Of a stretch of 64,000 nucleotides of DNA, positions 1-10,199 are shown piece after piece (the first letter of the stretch is position 1; the number at the start of each line of letters is the position of its first letter). The DNA is from Acidimicrobiales bacterium (GTDB taxonomy: Bacteria > Actinomycetota > Acidimicrobiia > Acidimicrobiales > Aldehydirespiratoraceae): assembly GCA_029247365.1 (NCBI GenBank), contig JAQWLJ010000021.1:547-64546 (forward strand). The letters are read 5' to 3'. Position numbers and translations under genes: made by a program. The notes under the pieces were generated by a model. It saw nothing but the letters and a program-made list of their open reading frames with translations, was not told the origin of the DNA and did not search any database.

Positions 1-240
1 GGCCGCGAGACCCTCCTAGAGCGCCTGAGCATTTCTTCACTTGGCCATGCGGCCATGTGAAGGCATCCGGTATTAGCCATCGTTTCCAATGGTTGTCCCG
101 GTCTCTAGGGCAGGTTTCTCACGTGTTACTCACCCGTTCGCCACTGTCCCCCGGAGCAAGCTCCGGGTTCTCGTTCGACTTGCATGTATTAGGCACGCCG
201 CCAGCGTTCGTCCTGAGCCAGGATCAAACTCTCCGTCGAG
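1..240 (-). rRNA. rrs: 16S ribosomal RNA, 5' end only (gene continues beyond the left edge)
   Basis: Reverse complement of 213-232 is AGAGTTTGATCCTGGCTCAG, continuing GACGAACGCTGGCGGCGTGCCTAATACATGCAAGTCGAACG. The mature 5' end is placed only approximately. Confidence 0.95.
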
Positions 241-520
241 ATCTTGGTCACCCCGAGGGGCTTCCACGATCGGTGTGCTCGTCTGCCAAACACCCGAGGG
301 TGTTCGCGTGGCAGACGGTGCGTACGTAGAGACGGGTCACCGCTGGCTGCAGCAACCCGCTTTACCCGCTGATGTCACTCAGCGGTTCGTCGCCGGCAAT
401 GCCGACGACTGGCTCGCCGACCCCGTTAAAGGTCGGCATTTTGAATTGACAGAAGATTGTTCTGAGTCGCGAAACTCAAAACATCCCCCGCACTCGCTTT
501 TGCGTCCGTCTCTTCCGTTT
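241..520 (-). promoter_or_regulatory. rRNA operon leader / promoter region (boundaries and hexamers not resolved)
   Basis: Non-coding stretch directly upstream of the 16S 5' end. It contains the only AT-rich island of the region (438-490) and several GC hairpins, as expected of a processed leader. Confidence 0.35.
416..447 (+). terminator. GC hairpin plus T-run, terminator-shaped on the plus strand; the same hairpin lies in the rRNA leader on the minus strand
   Basis: GCCGACC-ccgttaaa-GGTCGGC (416-437) is followed by ATTTTGAATT (438-447). Confidence 0.3.
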
Positions 521-828
521 TCAAGGTGCAGTCAGCACGGTGCTCGGAGCATTTGCTTCGAGGCATTATGTGCCGGGCACGCTGCCCGCTATGCGGACTG
601 GAGGTGCCAATTGCTCCCCGTTCAGCGGCCTATCGGCCACCGCATGGGGCGAATCGCTACGCTACAGGCGCCCCAGGGAAGTTCAACCCTGGGTTACCAG
701 ATTTCTTCGGAATTCCGGGAAATTCGTCGGGTGCAGCGCCGGAAGCGCTAGCCGTGGCCACCTGCAGCACCAACGCCTGCTGGCAGTGTCGGCACGTCAA
801 CTCCGTCACACGCCCACCGCAGCCCGCC

Positions 829-2097
829 TCAGGGCGTGATCACCAAGAGATGGCGCTGCTTCTTCCCCTTCTGGATGAGCACGTAGCGCCCATCAACAGC
901 GACCACTGCCGCCTCTGCAGAGTCGACCTTCTCGCCGTTGAACCGGATGCCGCCCTGTGCGAGCGTGCGGCGGGCGTCGCCCTTGGAAGAAGCCACTCCT
1001 GAAGCCACAAGCACGTTGACGACAGGCTCGTCACCAGCCAAAACAGCAGCTACGACCTCGGTCTCGGGGACAATGCCGCGCAGCGCCGTGAGCGCTTCGG
1101 CATCGAGGTCGCCCCCGCCGAACAGCGCTCCAGCCGCCAAGTTCGCCTGCCGAACCGCGGCCGTTCCGTGGACGAGCTCAGTGATCGCATCCGCAAGGGC
1201 CTGCTGGGCACGCCGGGCTTCGGGCTCAATCGTATGTTCCGCCATGATCGCGGCGATCCGATCGAGCGAAAGCAGGGTGAGTTGGAGCAGGAACCGCTCG
1301 ACATCGCGGTCATCGCTGCGAAGGAAGTACTGGTGGAACTCGTAGGGCATCGTCTGCTCGGCATCGAGCCAAAGCGCTCCAGAAGCCGACTTGCCGAACT
1401 TGGCGCCGTCGGCTTTGGTGATAAGAGGCCACGAGAGCCCATGGGCATGGGCGGACTCGCGACGGCGGATCAGGTCGATGCCAGCGGTGATGTTGCCCCA
1501 CTGGTCAGAGCCACCGATCTGCATCTCGCAGGCCATGTTTTGCCGAAGCCACCAAAAGTCGAAGGCTTGGAGCAGCATGTAGCTGAACTCCGTGAACGAG
1601 ATCCCGTGCTCGCTCTCCATCCGGGACCGCACGGAGTCCTTCGCCACCATCTGGTTGACGGTCGCGTGCTTGCCGACATCGCGCAAGAAGTCGAGCACGC
1701 CGACATCCTTGGTCCAGTCGTAGTTGTTGACCATTGCGACATCGCGGCCACTGGTCTCGCCGAGCAGCCGTTCGACCTGGCTGCGAATGCCGGCGACGTT
1801 CGCAGCGAGGGTGTCGGCATCGAGGAGATTGCGCTCCTCGGAACGCCCGCCCGGATCGCCCACCATGCCCGTGGACCCGCCTACGAGCGCGATCGGCTCA
1901 TGACCGTGGTCTTGGAAGCGACGCAGGACGAGGATGCCGATGAGGTTGCCAAGGTGCAGGCTGGGCGCGGAAGGATCGATGCCGTGATAGAGCGTGATCG
2001 GCCCCTCATCGAGACGGGCCCGCAAAGCTGCCTCGTCGGTCGTGTCATGCACGAGGCCACGGGCCTTCAGATCATCGATGATGGCGCTGCCAGACAT
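829..2097 (-). CDS. tyrS: tyrosyl-tRNA synthetase
   Basis: ORF 829-2145 trimmed to ATG 2097 (MSGSAIIDDLKARGL). HIGH-type motif SLHLGNL, KMSKS-type motif KFGKS, and a C-terminal S4-like tail. Confidence 0.95.
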   Translation of the reverse strand: MSGSAIIDDLKARGLVHDTTDEAALRARLDEGPITLYHGIDPSAPSLHLGNLIGILVLRRFQDHGHEPIALVGGSTGMVGDPGGRSEERNLLDADTLAANVAGIRSQVERLLGETSGRDVAMVNNYDWTKDVGVLDFLRDVGKHATVNQMVAKDSVRSRMESEHGISFTEFSYMLLQAFDFWWLRQNMACEMQIGGSDQWGNITAGIDLIRRRESAHAHGLSWPLITKADGAKFGKSASGALWLDAEQTMPYEFHQYFLRSDDRDVERFLLQLTLLSLDRIAAIMAEHTIEPEARRAQQALADAITELVHGTAAVRQANLAAGALFGGGDLDAEALTALRGIVPETEVVAAVLAGDEPVVNVLVASGVASSKGDARRTLAQGGIRFNGEKVDSAEAAVVAVDGRYVLIQKGKKQRHLLVITP

Positions 2098-2159
2098 ACG
2101 CTCAACGATACGCGGGGGTGCCGTGGATCCCCGACGTTTTCGCACCAGAATGACCCCTC

Positions 2160-4592
2160 ATGCGCCGTGCCCGCCGCTCGCTACTCGCCGCTCTCGCCGG
2201 CGCCGTCCTCGCGACAAGTTGCTCCATCGAGACTAAAGACTTCGACACACTCTTCGGCGACGACTTCTCCGTCGACACGCTCGAGACGGCACAGTCATCG
2301 CGTGTCTATGACCGCAACGGCATCCTGATCACCGAGCTGCGGGGCGACCAGAACCGTACCGACATCCGTTACGACGAAATGCCTGAGGTGCTGATCAACG
2401 CTGTCGTGGCCATCGAAGACGAACGCTTTTGGGACCACTCCGGTGTCGATTTCAAGGCCATTCTCCGTGCCGCCCGATCTAACGTCAGCGCCGGTGGCAT
2501 CTCACAGGGTGGCTCCACAATCACCCAGCAGTATGTGGGCAACGTCTTCCTTGACCGATCCGACCAGACCGGCTCTCGCAAGATCGAAGAGATCTTCATG
2601 GCCCGTCGCTTCGAGCAGCGCTACACCAAGGAATTCATCCTTGAGCGCTATCTCAACTGGGTGTTCTTTGGCCGTCAGGCCTACGGCGTCGAGGCCGCGG
2701 CGCGCACCTACTTCGGCCCACCCACCTGTCAGCGCCAGACTGACGTCAGCGATGATGACGATCGCAACTGCCTCAGGGTCAGCGAGCTCACACTGGTCGA
2801 GGCGGCCACCATCGCTGGCCTCATTCAAGCACCAAGCCGCTTCAACCCGTTCAACAATCCCGAGGATGCCCGCGACCGCCGCAACCTGGTGCTCTTACGG
2901 ATGTTCGCCAACGACTTCATCACCGAAGAGGAGTACCAGGCGGCCCTCCTCCAGCCGATCGACCTGATCGAGAACGTCCCGATCCTCGAGGAGCGATACC
3001 CCGCAGCCCACTTCGTCGAAGACGTCAAGCAGTGGTTCCTCGGCAACGAGGCCTTCGGCGAAACGCGCGCCCAACGCACGACTTTGCTGTTCGAGGGTGG
3101 CCTCGACATTCACACCACGATCGATCTCACCCTGCAGGCCCAAGCCGAGGCGGCCGTGGAACGCGTCCTGCCCCAAGTGGCGGCCGACGGGTCCTTGAAT
3201 CCCGATGCCGCAGCCGTGATCCAGGGGGTCACCGACACAGACGACGGGCACATCATCGCAATGGTTGGCGGGCGCGACTTCTTCGGTGGCGATGACGACG
3301 CCAAATTCAACCTTGCGAGCGGGTCCGGCCGGCAGGCCGGCTCGTCGATGAAGCCGATCGGTCTGGCCGCAGCGCTCCAGATCGGCATTCCGATCACCCG
3401 GTTCTACGACGCAACCTCGCCGATCGAGATCGAGAACCGACCGGTTTGTGGCCCGACATGGAAGGTGCGGGGGGGCACCGACGGTGACCGTACACTTGCC
3501 GATTCAACAAAGTGGTCCCGTAACACCGTGTTCGCCCAACTGATGGTCGATATCAGCCCGTCGCGCTTCGTCGACATGGCGGAGCGGCTCGGTATCGGGG
3601 AGGGTCGTCTGCAGCCCGTGTGTGCTGCCATCCTCGGCACCGAGAACACCAACATGGTCGAGCTCTCGACGGTCTACGCCACATTCGCCCGCAACGGTGT
3701 TCGGGTCGATCCGGTGATGGTGACAAGAATCGTCAACCCTGACGGCACACAGCTCTACCAGTACGCCGAGACCTCCACGCAAGCCGTTCTCAACAAGACG
3801 GTCAATGACCAGCTCACGTGGGCGCTCTCGACCGTCATGCAGGGCACGGGCTGGCGCGCTGCGCTCGAGGATCGTCCCTCGGCCGGCAAGACCGGCACCG
3901 CCCAGAACAATGCCGACGCGACGTTCGCTGGCTTCACCCCGCAGCGTTCTGCTGCGGTCTGGGTCGGGTTTCCTGACGAACAGATCCCGATGCGGACCCA
4001 GTTCAACGGTGACAAGGTCGAGGGCGGTACCTTCCCCGCGCTGATCTGGCACGAACTCATGACCGAAGCCCATCAGGGGATGGAGGTCGTTAGCTTCCCG
4101 AGCCCACCAGCGTCATCCACCACCACGACCCTGCCCGAGATCCCTGAGGAGGCCGAAGTGCCCGACCTCACGGGACAGGAGATGACCGAAGAAGTTGTCC
4201 TCGCCCTTCAGGACGAGCCGAACTACTGGATCATCCAGCAGGTCTTCGTTCAGACCCGCAGCTTTGAGATCGGCAAAGTCTTCAACCAGATCCCACAACC
4301 CGGCCAGATCGTGCCGGGCGGCTCCGTCATAACCGTCGAGATCGCGGTCGAACCGATCCTGCCGCCAGTCCCCTCGCTCGTCGGACTCGACGAGGCCAGC
4401 GCGGTGCAAGTACTCACCAACGCCGAGTTTGCGATTGAGATCGTGTACCAACCGAACCCCGACGCTGGCGAAGCCATCATTGGGTCGGTATGGGCGCAGG
4501 ACCCTGCGGCAGAGACGCCACGCGATGAGGTCGAGACGGTCACGATCTGGGTCGAGCCCGATCCCGATTCCGCAGACGAGGACGGCGAGTGA
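2160..4592 (+). CDS. class A penicillin-binding protein (transglycosylase/transpeptidase) with two C-terminal PASTA-like repeats
   Basis: GT51 motifs EDERFWDHSGVD and GGSTITQQ. Transpeptidase motifs SSMKP, SRN and KTGT. Two PASTA-like units (PDLTGQ...VITVEIAV and PSLVGL...VTIWVEP). Hydrophobic N-terminal anchor. Confidence 0.9.
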   Translation: MRRARRSLLAALAGAVLATSCSIETKDFDTLFGDDFSVDTLETAQSSRVYDRNGILITELRGDQNRTDIRYDEMPEVLINAVVAIEDERFWDHSGVDFKAILRAARSNVSAGGISQGGSTITQQYVGNVFLDRSDQTGSRKIEEIFMARRFEQRYTKEFILERYLNWVFFGRQAYGVEAAARTYFGPPTCQRQTDVSDDDDRNCLRVSELTLVEAATIAGLIQAPSRFNPFNNPEDARDRRNLVLLRMFANDFITEEEYQAALLQPIDLIENVPILEERYPAAHFVEDVKQWFLGNEAFGETRAQRTTLLFEGGLDIHTTIDLTLQAQAEAAVERVLPQVAADGSLNPDAAAVIQGVTDTDDGHIIAMVGGRDFFGGDDDAKFNLASGSGRQAGSSMKPIGLAAALQIGIPITRFYDATSPIEIENRPVCGPTWKVRGGTDGDRTLADSTKWSRNTVFAQLMVDISPSRFVDMAERLGIGEGRLQPVCAAILGTENTNMVELSTVYATFARNGVRVDPVMVTRIVNPDGTQLYQYAETSTQAVLNKTVNDQLTWALSTVMQGTGWRAALEDRPSAGKTGTAQNNADATFAGFTPQRSAAVWVGFPDEQIPMRTQFNGDKVEGGTFPALIWHELMTEAHQGMEVVSFPSPPASSTTTTLPEIPEEAEVPDLTGQEMTEEVVLALQDEPNYWIIQQVFVQTRSFEIGKVFNQIPQPGQIVPGGSVITVEIAVEPILPPVPSLVGLDEASAVQVLTNAEFAIEIVYQPNPDAGEAIIGSVWAQDPAAETPRDEVETVTIWVEPDPDSADEDGE

Positions 4593-5158
4593 GTTCGAAC
4601 GGTCGCACCCCCGACGCATCCACTCCTCCGAGCCCTGAGCCCCTCGAACAATCGCGCTCCGGGCGCATCGCCGTCATCGCAGTGCTGGTCGCGCTCCTCA
4701 TCATGTGGGCGTGGATCTGGTTCTTCGCACCTCGCGAGAACGTCGACCGATTCTCGGAACGAGCGTTTCCCGAAGCCGCTAACCCGATCTGCGAGGCAGC
4801 CCACGAGGACATCCTCGCCCTGCCGAGCGGTCGCCAGACCCCAACCGTCAGCGAGCGCGCCGCTGTTGTGCGCGAGGGAACGGAGATTATTGAGGAGATG
4901 GTCGCCGACCTCGAGGCGATCGCTTACCTCGTGACCGACCCCGATGACGCAAGTATCCTGCGCCAGTGGTTTGACGACTGGCACGATCTGCACCTCGCCG
5001 ACCGGTGGGCACATGTAGAGCGACTGGAATCTGCCACCCCCGAGACGCCAGGTGAGGACCTTGCGTTTCTCGTGCAGGACCTCCGGTACGGCCGTCGAAT
5101 CGACGGACTCGCCAACGTGAACGACATGGAAGCCTGCGTTATCCCCGGCGACATCTAG
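4589..5158 (+). CDS. hypothetical membrane-anchored protein
   Basis: GTG start overlaps the PBP stop (GTGA). One TM segment, IAVIAVLVALLIMWAWIWFFA. No family recognised. Confidence 0.5.
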   Translation: MSSNGRTPDASTPPSPEPLEQSRSGRIAVIAVLVALLIMWAWIWFFAPRENVDRFSERAFPEAANPICEAAHEDILALPSGRQTPTVSERAAVVREGTEIIEEMVADLEAIAYLVTDPDDASILRQWFDDWHDLHLADRWAHVERLESATPETPGEDLAFLVQDLRYGRRIDGLANVNDMEACVIPGDI

Positions 5159-5176
5159 TCCACATCAGCAACGAGA

Positions 5177-5767
5177 TCAGCCACTGATCGACCGGGCGAG
5201 CGCCAACCCGTTGGCTGCGAGACGGTGGAGGCCGGAATCGGCGCCGAGCCCTGCGAGTTCATCGGGCCGCACCCACCGCTGGGCCTCGGACTCGTGGTTG
5301 GCGTCGACCGTTGCACCCTGCGGCGCAAGGACCACGAACCGCACGTCGTAGTGGTCGTGTGCCTCCTCGGCTGGCGGGTCGACACGATGGATGTCGAGAT
5401 CGACCGCGATGGGCCACACCCGCAAGCCCTCGATGCCGGTCTCTTCCTGAGCCTCTCGCAGTGCAACGGCTGGGAGGTTCGCATCACCGTCGGCATGGCC
5501 GCCGGGCTGGACCCAGATCTGCAGCTTCGCATGGAACAAAACGAGAGTGCGCTCGAGGTCGGCGTGCACGACCAACGCCGAGCCGGTGAAGTGCCCGGGC
5601 CTCTCGACCCGATCGAGCGGACGAGGGCGAGTATCGATGAGTTCGCGCATTCGGCGGCGCGTCATGGCGAGATCGGGAGCAGCCACCGGGTCGACCGATG
5701 CCCACGCCAGTTCAGGGTCGCGGGCAGGGCGAAGCTGGGGAGCTTCGGCGGTGAGTAACTCGGGCAC
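5177..5767 (-). CDS. NUDIX hydrolase
   Basis: Nudix box GGHADGDANLPAVALREAQEETGI. ORF 5177-6295 was trimmed. The start is GTG 5767 or alternatively ATG 5665. Confidence 0.75.
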   Translation of the reverse strand: MPELLTAEAPQLRPARDPELAWASVDPVAAPDLAMTRRRMRELIDTRPRPLDRVERPGHFTGSALVVHADLERTLVLFHAKLQIWVQPGGHADGDANLPAVALREAQEETGIEGLRVWPIAVDLDIHRVDPPAEEAHDHYDVRFVVLAPQGATVDANHESEAQRWVRPDELAGLGADSGLHRLAANGLALARSISG

Positions 5768-5801
5768 GGCCGGAGCGTACCGGCGATCTACGCTGCCTTT
5801 C

Positions 5802-6536
5802 GTGACATCGTTGCGTATCGGCCATGGGTTCCAGGGACCATCCGGCACCGGGCAGGGAGGGTGGACCTCGGCGCTCTTCGAGCGGACGGTCGGCGAGCCA
5901 CTCACCATCTCCATCACGCGCGGCATCCCTCTCGAAACCGACCTCGAGGTGTTCGAAGTCGCTGGCGGGTGGGAACTCCACGACGACACCAAGCGTCCGG
6001 TGATGACCGCGCGCCCTCGCACCGAGCCGTTCGTAGACACCGAACCGGTGTCTATCGACGCTGCGGCCGACGCCCGACGCCGCTTCCCTGCCGCCACAGA
6101 GGTTGTGCACCCAGTGCCCGACTGTTTCTCCTGCGGCCCCGTCGAGTCGTCGATGGGGGTCCATGCCGGCCCGCTCGACGACGGCACCGGCCGCTTCGCT
6201 GTCGACTGGACCGTCCCAGACTGGACGCAGACCGGTGGCGAGGTCGACAGCGCACTGCTCTGGACTGCACTCGACTGCACCACGGCCTGGTACATCGGCT
6301 ACTCCGATGGCCTGCGGCCGGCCTTCACGGTCGGCTATGCCGCCGAGGTATTGACCCCGCTCGAGCCAGGCCAGAGATACGCCGTGGTCGCCTGGAGCGG
6401 CGACTACCCCGCTGCGTGGGATGACCGAAAGCGCGGTGGTGCCGCGGCTGCGTTCGATCGCGACGGGCGATGCGTCGGGCGCGCTCGGTCCTTCTGGGTC
6501 GCAGCCGCACTCGACGATCCACGCATCGCAACGTGA
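5802..6536 (+). CDS. hotdog-fold (PaaI/thioesterase-like) protein
   Basis: HPVPDCFSCGP followed by GGEVDSALLWTALDCTTAW resembles actinobacterial PaaI-type thioesterase-like proteins. Start GTG 5802 (or TTG 5811) was chosen to clear the divergent Nudix gene. Confidence 0.45.
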   Translation: MTSLRIGHGFQGPSGTGQGGWTSALFERTVGEPLTISITRGIPLETDLEVFEVAGGWELHDDTKRPVMTARPRTEPFVDTEPVSIDAAADARRRFPAATEVVHPVPDCFSCGPVESSMGVHAGPLDDGTGRFAVDWTVPDWTQTGGEVDSALLWTALDCTTAWYIGYSDGLRPAFTVGYAAEVLTPLEPGQRYAVVAWSGDYPAAWDDRKRGGAAAAFDRDGRCVGRARSFWVAAALDDPRIAT

Positions 6537-6539
6537 CGG

Positions 6540-7120
6540 TCAGAGCAGGGGCCGACTGACCTCAGCGACCCCCGGTACCGCCCAGCACCACGCGATGCCC
6601 GCCCCCTGGGTGAGGCCAACCCAGACCGCGTTGGCCGGCGTCGATGGTGGCGGCGTGCCGTCATTGACGATCCGCACCCCGGCACCGTTGCGGTGTAGAT
6701 CGAGTCCATCATGGTCACCGTTCAGCCCAAAGGCCGAGGCGAGCTTGGCCGGGCCGTTACAGAGGTCGATGTCTCGCCGGGCCTTCGGCCGCCGAGAACG
6801 CATCAAGTCGAGCCCAGCCGGTGGTGCGACCGCTCGGAGAAGCACGGCGGAGGCAGTTCCTTCCTCGCCGCACACGACATTGGCGCACCAGTGCATCCCG
6901 TAGGTGAAGTACACGTAGAGGTGGCCGGGCCGGCCAAACATCACTTCAGTGCGCGGCGTCGGCCCTCGGTAGGCATGCGATCCGGGATCATCAGCTCCCA
7001 TGTAGGCCTCAACCTTGACGATGCGGCCCTGCACGCCGGGGCAACGAGGACCGCGTTGAGCAGCTCGGGAGCGACTTCGGTGCCCGGCCGAGCAAAAAAC
7101 GATCGGGGTAGTCGGCTCAC
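6540..7120 (-). pseudogene. mpg: DNA-3-methyladenine glycosylase (Mpg/AAG family), reading frame broken once (true pseudogene or homopolymer sequencing error)
   Basis: GTG 7120 overlaps the argH stop and reads [28 protein letters not shown]. The remainder (GRIVKVEAYMGADDPGSHAYRG...GHLYVYFTYGMHWCANVV) is in another frame running to the stop at 6540. The frames switch at a G4 run at 7038-7041. Confidence 0.8.
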
Positions 7121-8478
7121 CCGTCGAGACGAGCGCGGAACCGATCGATCTGCGCGGCGACCGCGGCAGGCGACCCGCCGCCACGGGTGGTGCGCCGGGT
7201 GACCGACACGCCGGGTGCCAGCAGTGCCGCCGCCTCATCGCCCAACTGCGGGTCGGCGGCGACAAGATCAGCCAACGAACCTTCGCCAGCGAGTGCCCGA
7301 CGCACCTTTTCGCCGACCACTCCGTGGGCGTCGCGGAAGGCCATCCCCTGCCCAACAAGCCATTCGGCGAGATCGGTGGCAGCCGCATACGGCGTGTCGG
7401 CCTGGGCGGCCATCGCGTCGACGTTGAACGTCGTGGTCGAGATCATGCCATCGAGGGCGAGCAGGGTGAGGCGGACGGTGTCGACGGCATCGAACATCCC
7501 TTCCTTGTCCTCCTGCATGTCTTTGTTGTAGGTCAGCGGCAGGCCCTTGAGCGTGGCGAGAAAGGCCACAAGGTGGCCGATCAGCCGGCCCGCCTTGCCT
7601 CGCGCCAGTTCGGCGATGTCAGGGTTCTTCTTCTGCGGCATCATTGACGAACCGGTGGAAAAGCCGTCGTCGAGCGTAATGAAACCGAACTCCGTGGAAG
7701 CCCAGAGAATGAGTTCTTCACCGATCCGACTCAGGTGGACACCCAGCAACGACAGCGAGAACAGCGTCTCCGCGACGAAATCGCGGTCGGCCACACCGTC
7801 AAGGCTGTTGTCGAACACGCCCTCAAAATCGAGGTAGGCCGCGGTCTTCTCGGGGTCGAGAGGCAGCGACGAACCAGCGAGCGCCCCGGCACCGAGGACC
7901 GATACGTTGGTTCGACTCCGAGCATCGCGAAGGCGATCGACGTCGCGGGCGAGCGCCCATCCGTGAGCGAGGAGATGATGCGACAACGCGACCGGTTGCG
8001 CCTGCTGCAGGTGGGTATAGCCCGGCAGATAGGCGTCGCCAGCAGCTTCGGCTTGTGCGAGCAAGGTACGCATGAGCCGCTCGGTGAGATCGATCACTTC
8101 GTCGATCGCACCTCGGGTCCAGAGCCGCATATCGGTTGCAACCTGATCGTTGCGGCTTCGGCCGGTGTGCTTCTTGGCACCGATGGTCTCGAGTTCGGTG
8201 ACCCGACGCTCAACTGCAGTGTGGATGTCTTCGTCGTTAACCTTGAACTCAAACGAGCCCGACTCGATCTCACCCTCAACGGCGTCAAGCGCGGTCAGGA
8301 CACTGTCACGTTCGTCCTCGGTGAAGAGGCCAACATCGCAGAGCATGCGAACATGGGCACGAGAGCCTGCGATGTCCTCGCGGAACATGCGCTGGTCAAA
8401 TGGCAAGCTGTCGTTCAACGCCTGCAGTGCCTCGGACGGCCCTCCCTCGAAGCGCCCGTGCCAGAGCGTCGAACTCAC
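7117..8478 (-). CDS. argH: argininosuccinate lyase
   Basis: [11 protein letters not shown] and [12 protein letters not shown] signatures. GTG start overlaps the argG stop (GTGA). Confidence 0.95.
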   Translation of the reverse strand: MSSTLWHGRFEGGPSEALQALNDSLPFDQRMFREDIAGSRAHVRMLCDVGLFTEDERDSVLTALDAVEGEIESGSFEFKVNDEDIHTAVERRVTELETIGAKKHTGRSRNDQVATDMRLWTRGAIDEVIDLTERLMRTLLAQAEAAGDAYLPGYTHLQQAQPVALSHHLLAHGWALARDVDRLRDARSRTNVSVLGAGALAGSSLPLDPEKTAAYLDFEGVFDNSLDGVADRDFVAETLFSLSLLGVHLSRIGEELILWASTEFGFITLDDGFSTGSSMMPQKKNPDIAELARGKAGRLIGHLVAFLATLKGLPLTYNKDMQEDKEGMFDAVDTVRLTLLALDGMISTTTFNVDAMAAQADTPYAAATDLAEWLVGQGMAFRDAHGVVGEKVRRALAGEGSLADLVAADPQLGDEAAALLAPGVSVTRRTTRGGGSPAAVAAQIDRFRARLDG

Positions 8479-9683
8479 GACTGGGCCCGCTTCCGGGCAA
8501 GGTTCCGCAGGCGCAGGGCGTTGAGCTTGATGAAGCCCTCGGCATCGGCCTGGTCGTAGGTTCCGTGATCCTCTTCGAACGTCGCGATCTTCTCGTCGAA
8601 CAGCGAGTACGCGCTCTTGCGGCCCACGACGTCGACATTGCCCTTGAAGAGTTTGATTCGGACCTCGCCACTCACGTACTCCTGGCTGTGGTCGATCGCG
8701 ACCTGCAGCATCTCACGCTCAGGGCTCCACCAGAAGCCGTTGTAAATCAGTTCGGCGTACTTGGGCATGAGCGAGTCCTTCAGGTGCGCCACCTCGCGGT
8801 CGAGCGTGATCGACTCGATCGCCCGGTGGGCTCGCAGCATGATCGTGCCGCCCGGCGTCTCGTACGCGCCGCGGCTCTTCATGCCAACGAACCGATTCTC
8901 GACAATGTCGAGACGACCAATGCCGTTCTCCCCACCGAGTCGATTCAGCTCAGTGAGGACCTCGGCCGGACTCATCGCCTTGCCGTCGATAGCGACGATG
9001 TCACCCTTGTCGTACGTGAGATCGATGTACGTCGCCTCGTTTGGGGCCATCTCGGGGCTGACCGACCAGCGCCACATCTCCGATGGCGGCTCCGTGAACG
9101 GATCCTCAAGTGGACCACCTTCGAAACTAATGTGCAGCAGGTTGGCATCCATAGAAAACGGGGACTTCGTGCCCCGCTTCATCTCGATCGGGATGTTGCG
9201 TTCCTCGGCATAGGCCATCAGCGTTTCGCGCCCGCCGAGTTCCCACTCGCGCCACGGCGCGATCACCTTGATCTCGGGGGCGAGCGCATAGGCCCCGAGT
9301 TCGAAGCGGACCTGGTCATTGCCCTTGCCGGTAGCACCGTGGCTGATGGCATCGGCGCCGTGCTCGGCCGCGACCTCGACGAGACGCTTCGCGATCAGCG
9401 GGCGGGCGATCGAGGTGCCGAGCAGGTATTCCCCCTCGTAGATCGTGTTCGCCCGAAACATCGGGTAAACGAAGTCGCGAACGAACTCTTCGCGCACATC
9501 CTCAATATGGATGTTCTCGGCGGGCACGCCCATCTCGAGTGCCTTGACGCGAGCGGGTTCGACCTCTTCACCCTGCCCAAGATCGGCAGTGAAGGTGATG
9601 ACCTCTGCGTCGTAAGTCTCCTGCAGCCACCGCAGGATGATGGAGGTGTCGAGACCACCGCTGTAAGCGAGTACGACCTTCAT
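8475..9683 (-). CDS. argG: argininosuccinate synthase
   Basis: N-terminal [17 protein letters not shown]-binding motif; 402 aa. Confidence 0.95.
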   Translation of the reverse strand: MKVVLAYSGGLDTSIILRWLQETYDAEVITFTADLGQGEEVEPARVKALEMGVPAENIHIEDVREEFVRDFVYPMFRANTIYEGEYLLGTSIARPLIAKRLVEVAAEHGADAISHGATGKGNDQVRFELGAYALAPEIKVIAPWREWELGGRETLMAYAEERNIPIEMKRGTKSPFSMDANLLHISFEGGPLEDPFTEPPSEMWRWSVSPEMAPNEATYIDLTYDKGDIVAIDGKAMSPAEVLTELNRLGGENGIGRLDIVENRFVGMKSRGAYETPGGTIMLRAHRAIESITLDREVAHLKDSLMPKYAELIYNGFWWSPEREMLQVAIDHSQEYVSGEVRIKLFKGNVDVVGRKSAYSLFDEKIATFEEDHGTYDQADAEGFIKLNALRLRNLARKRAQS

Positions 9684-9719
9684 GATTCACATACTTCTCT
9701 CGGGGTTCGGGGAGTGGGT

Positions 9720-10184
9720 TCAGTCGAGTCCGGCGAGGACCCGCAGGCGTTGGGCAAGGGCGGCACCACCGATGTCTTCGGCGGCCACCACGATCAAGGT
9801 GTCATCCCCTGCGACAGTACCGAGGATCTGGGACATCCCCGCCCGGTCGAGGGCCGAGCCGACCACGTGGGCCGAGCCCGGAGGCGTCCGCAACACAACG
9901 AGGTTGAGCGAGTGGTTCACATCGGCCACCCAGTCCGACATCACCCGGCGAAGGTGGTCCTCCGGCGCAATCCGGTCAACCGGGTGCTCAGGGATCGCAT
10001 AGACGGTCTCACCACCCGGACCTCGCACCTTGATTGCGCCAAGATCATCGAGATCGCGCGACACCGTGGCTTGTGTGGTGTCAAGCCCTTCAGCCTCGAG
10101 CAACGCTGTGAGCTGGGCCTGGGAGGTGACTGCGTGCCCCTCGAGGAGGGCCGTGATGCGGTGCTGTCGCTGAGCCTTGCTCAT
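9720..10184 (-). CDS. argR: arginine repressor
   Basis: 154 aa. Winged-helix N-terminus (ATVSRDLDDLGAIKV) and C-terminal GTVAGDDTLIVV oligomerisation/arginine-binding motif. Position between argF and argG. Confidence 0.9.
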   Translation of the reverse strand: MSKAQRQHRITALLEGHAVTSQAQLTALLEAEGLDTTQATVSRDLDDLGAIKVRGPGGETVYAIPEHPVDRIAPEDHLRRVMSDWVADVNHSLNLVVLRTPPGSAHVVGSALDRAGMSQILGTVAGDDTLIVVAAEDIGGAALAQRLRVLAGLD

Positions 10185-10199
10185 GAGATTGCAGCCATG

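Noticed and set aside
671-700. tRNA-like T-loop look-alike CCAGGGAAGTTCAACCCTGG followed by GTTACCA in the tyrS-16S spacer.
   Set aside because: The loop length is wrong for a T-arm. No acceptor-stem partner, D-arm or anticodon arm can be drawn in the preceding 70 nt.
701-730. Perfect 10-bp palindrome CGGAATTCCG (708-717) followed by the near-repeat GGAAATTC.
   Set aside because: It is real in the sequence, but it is short and isolated, and it lies about 470 nt from the 16S start and about 110 nt past the tyrS stop. I cannot tie it to any function, so it may be chance.
2160-2240. Possible lipoprotein signal (LLAALAGAVLATSC) on the class A PBP.
   Set aside because: Residue -3 relative to the Cys is Ala, not Leu/Val/Ile, so the lipobox is imperfect. 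An uncleaved signal-anchor, as in other class A PBPs, is just as likely.
5177-6295. Long N-terminal extensions of six-frame ORFs (this one, plus 15654-17396, 31320-32213, 41578-42465, 47566-48975, 49148-50017, 54980-56206 and 59026-60246).
   Set aside because: The extensions are Ser/Arg/Pro-rich, overlap neighbouring genes, and precede a start codon that reproduces the canonical family N-terminus, often coupled to the upstream stop. These ORFs were trimmed.
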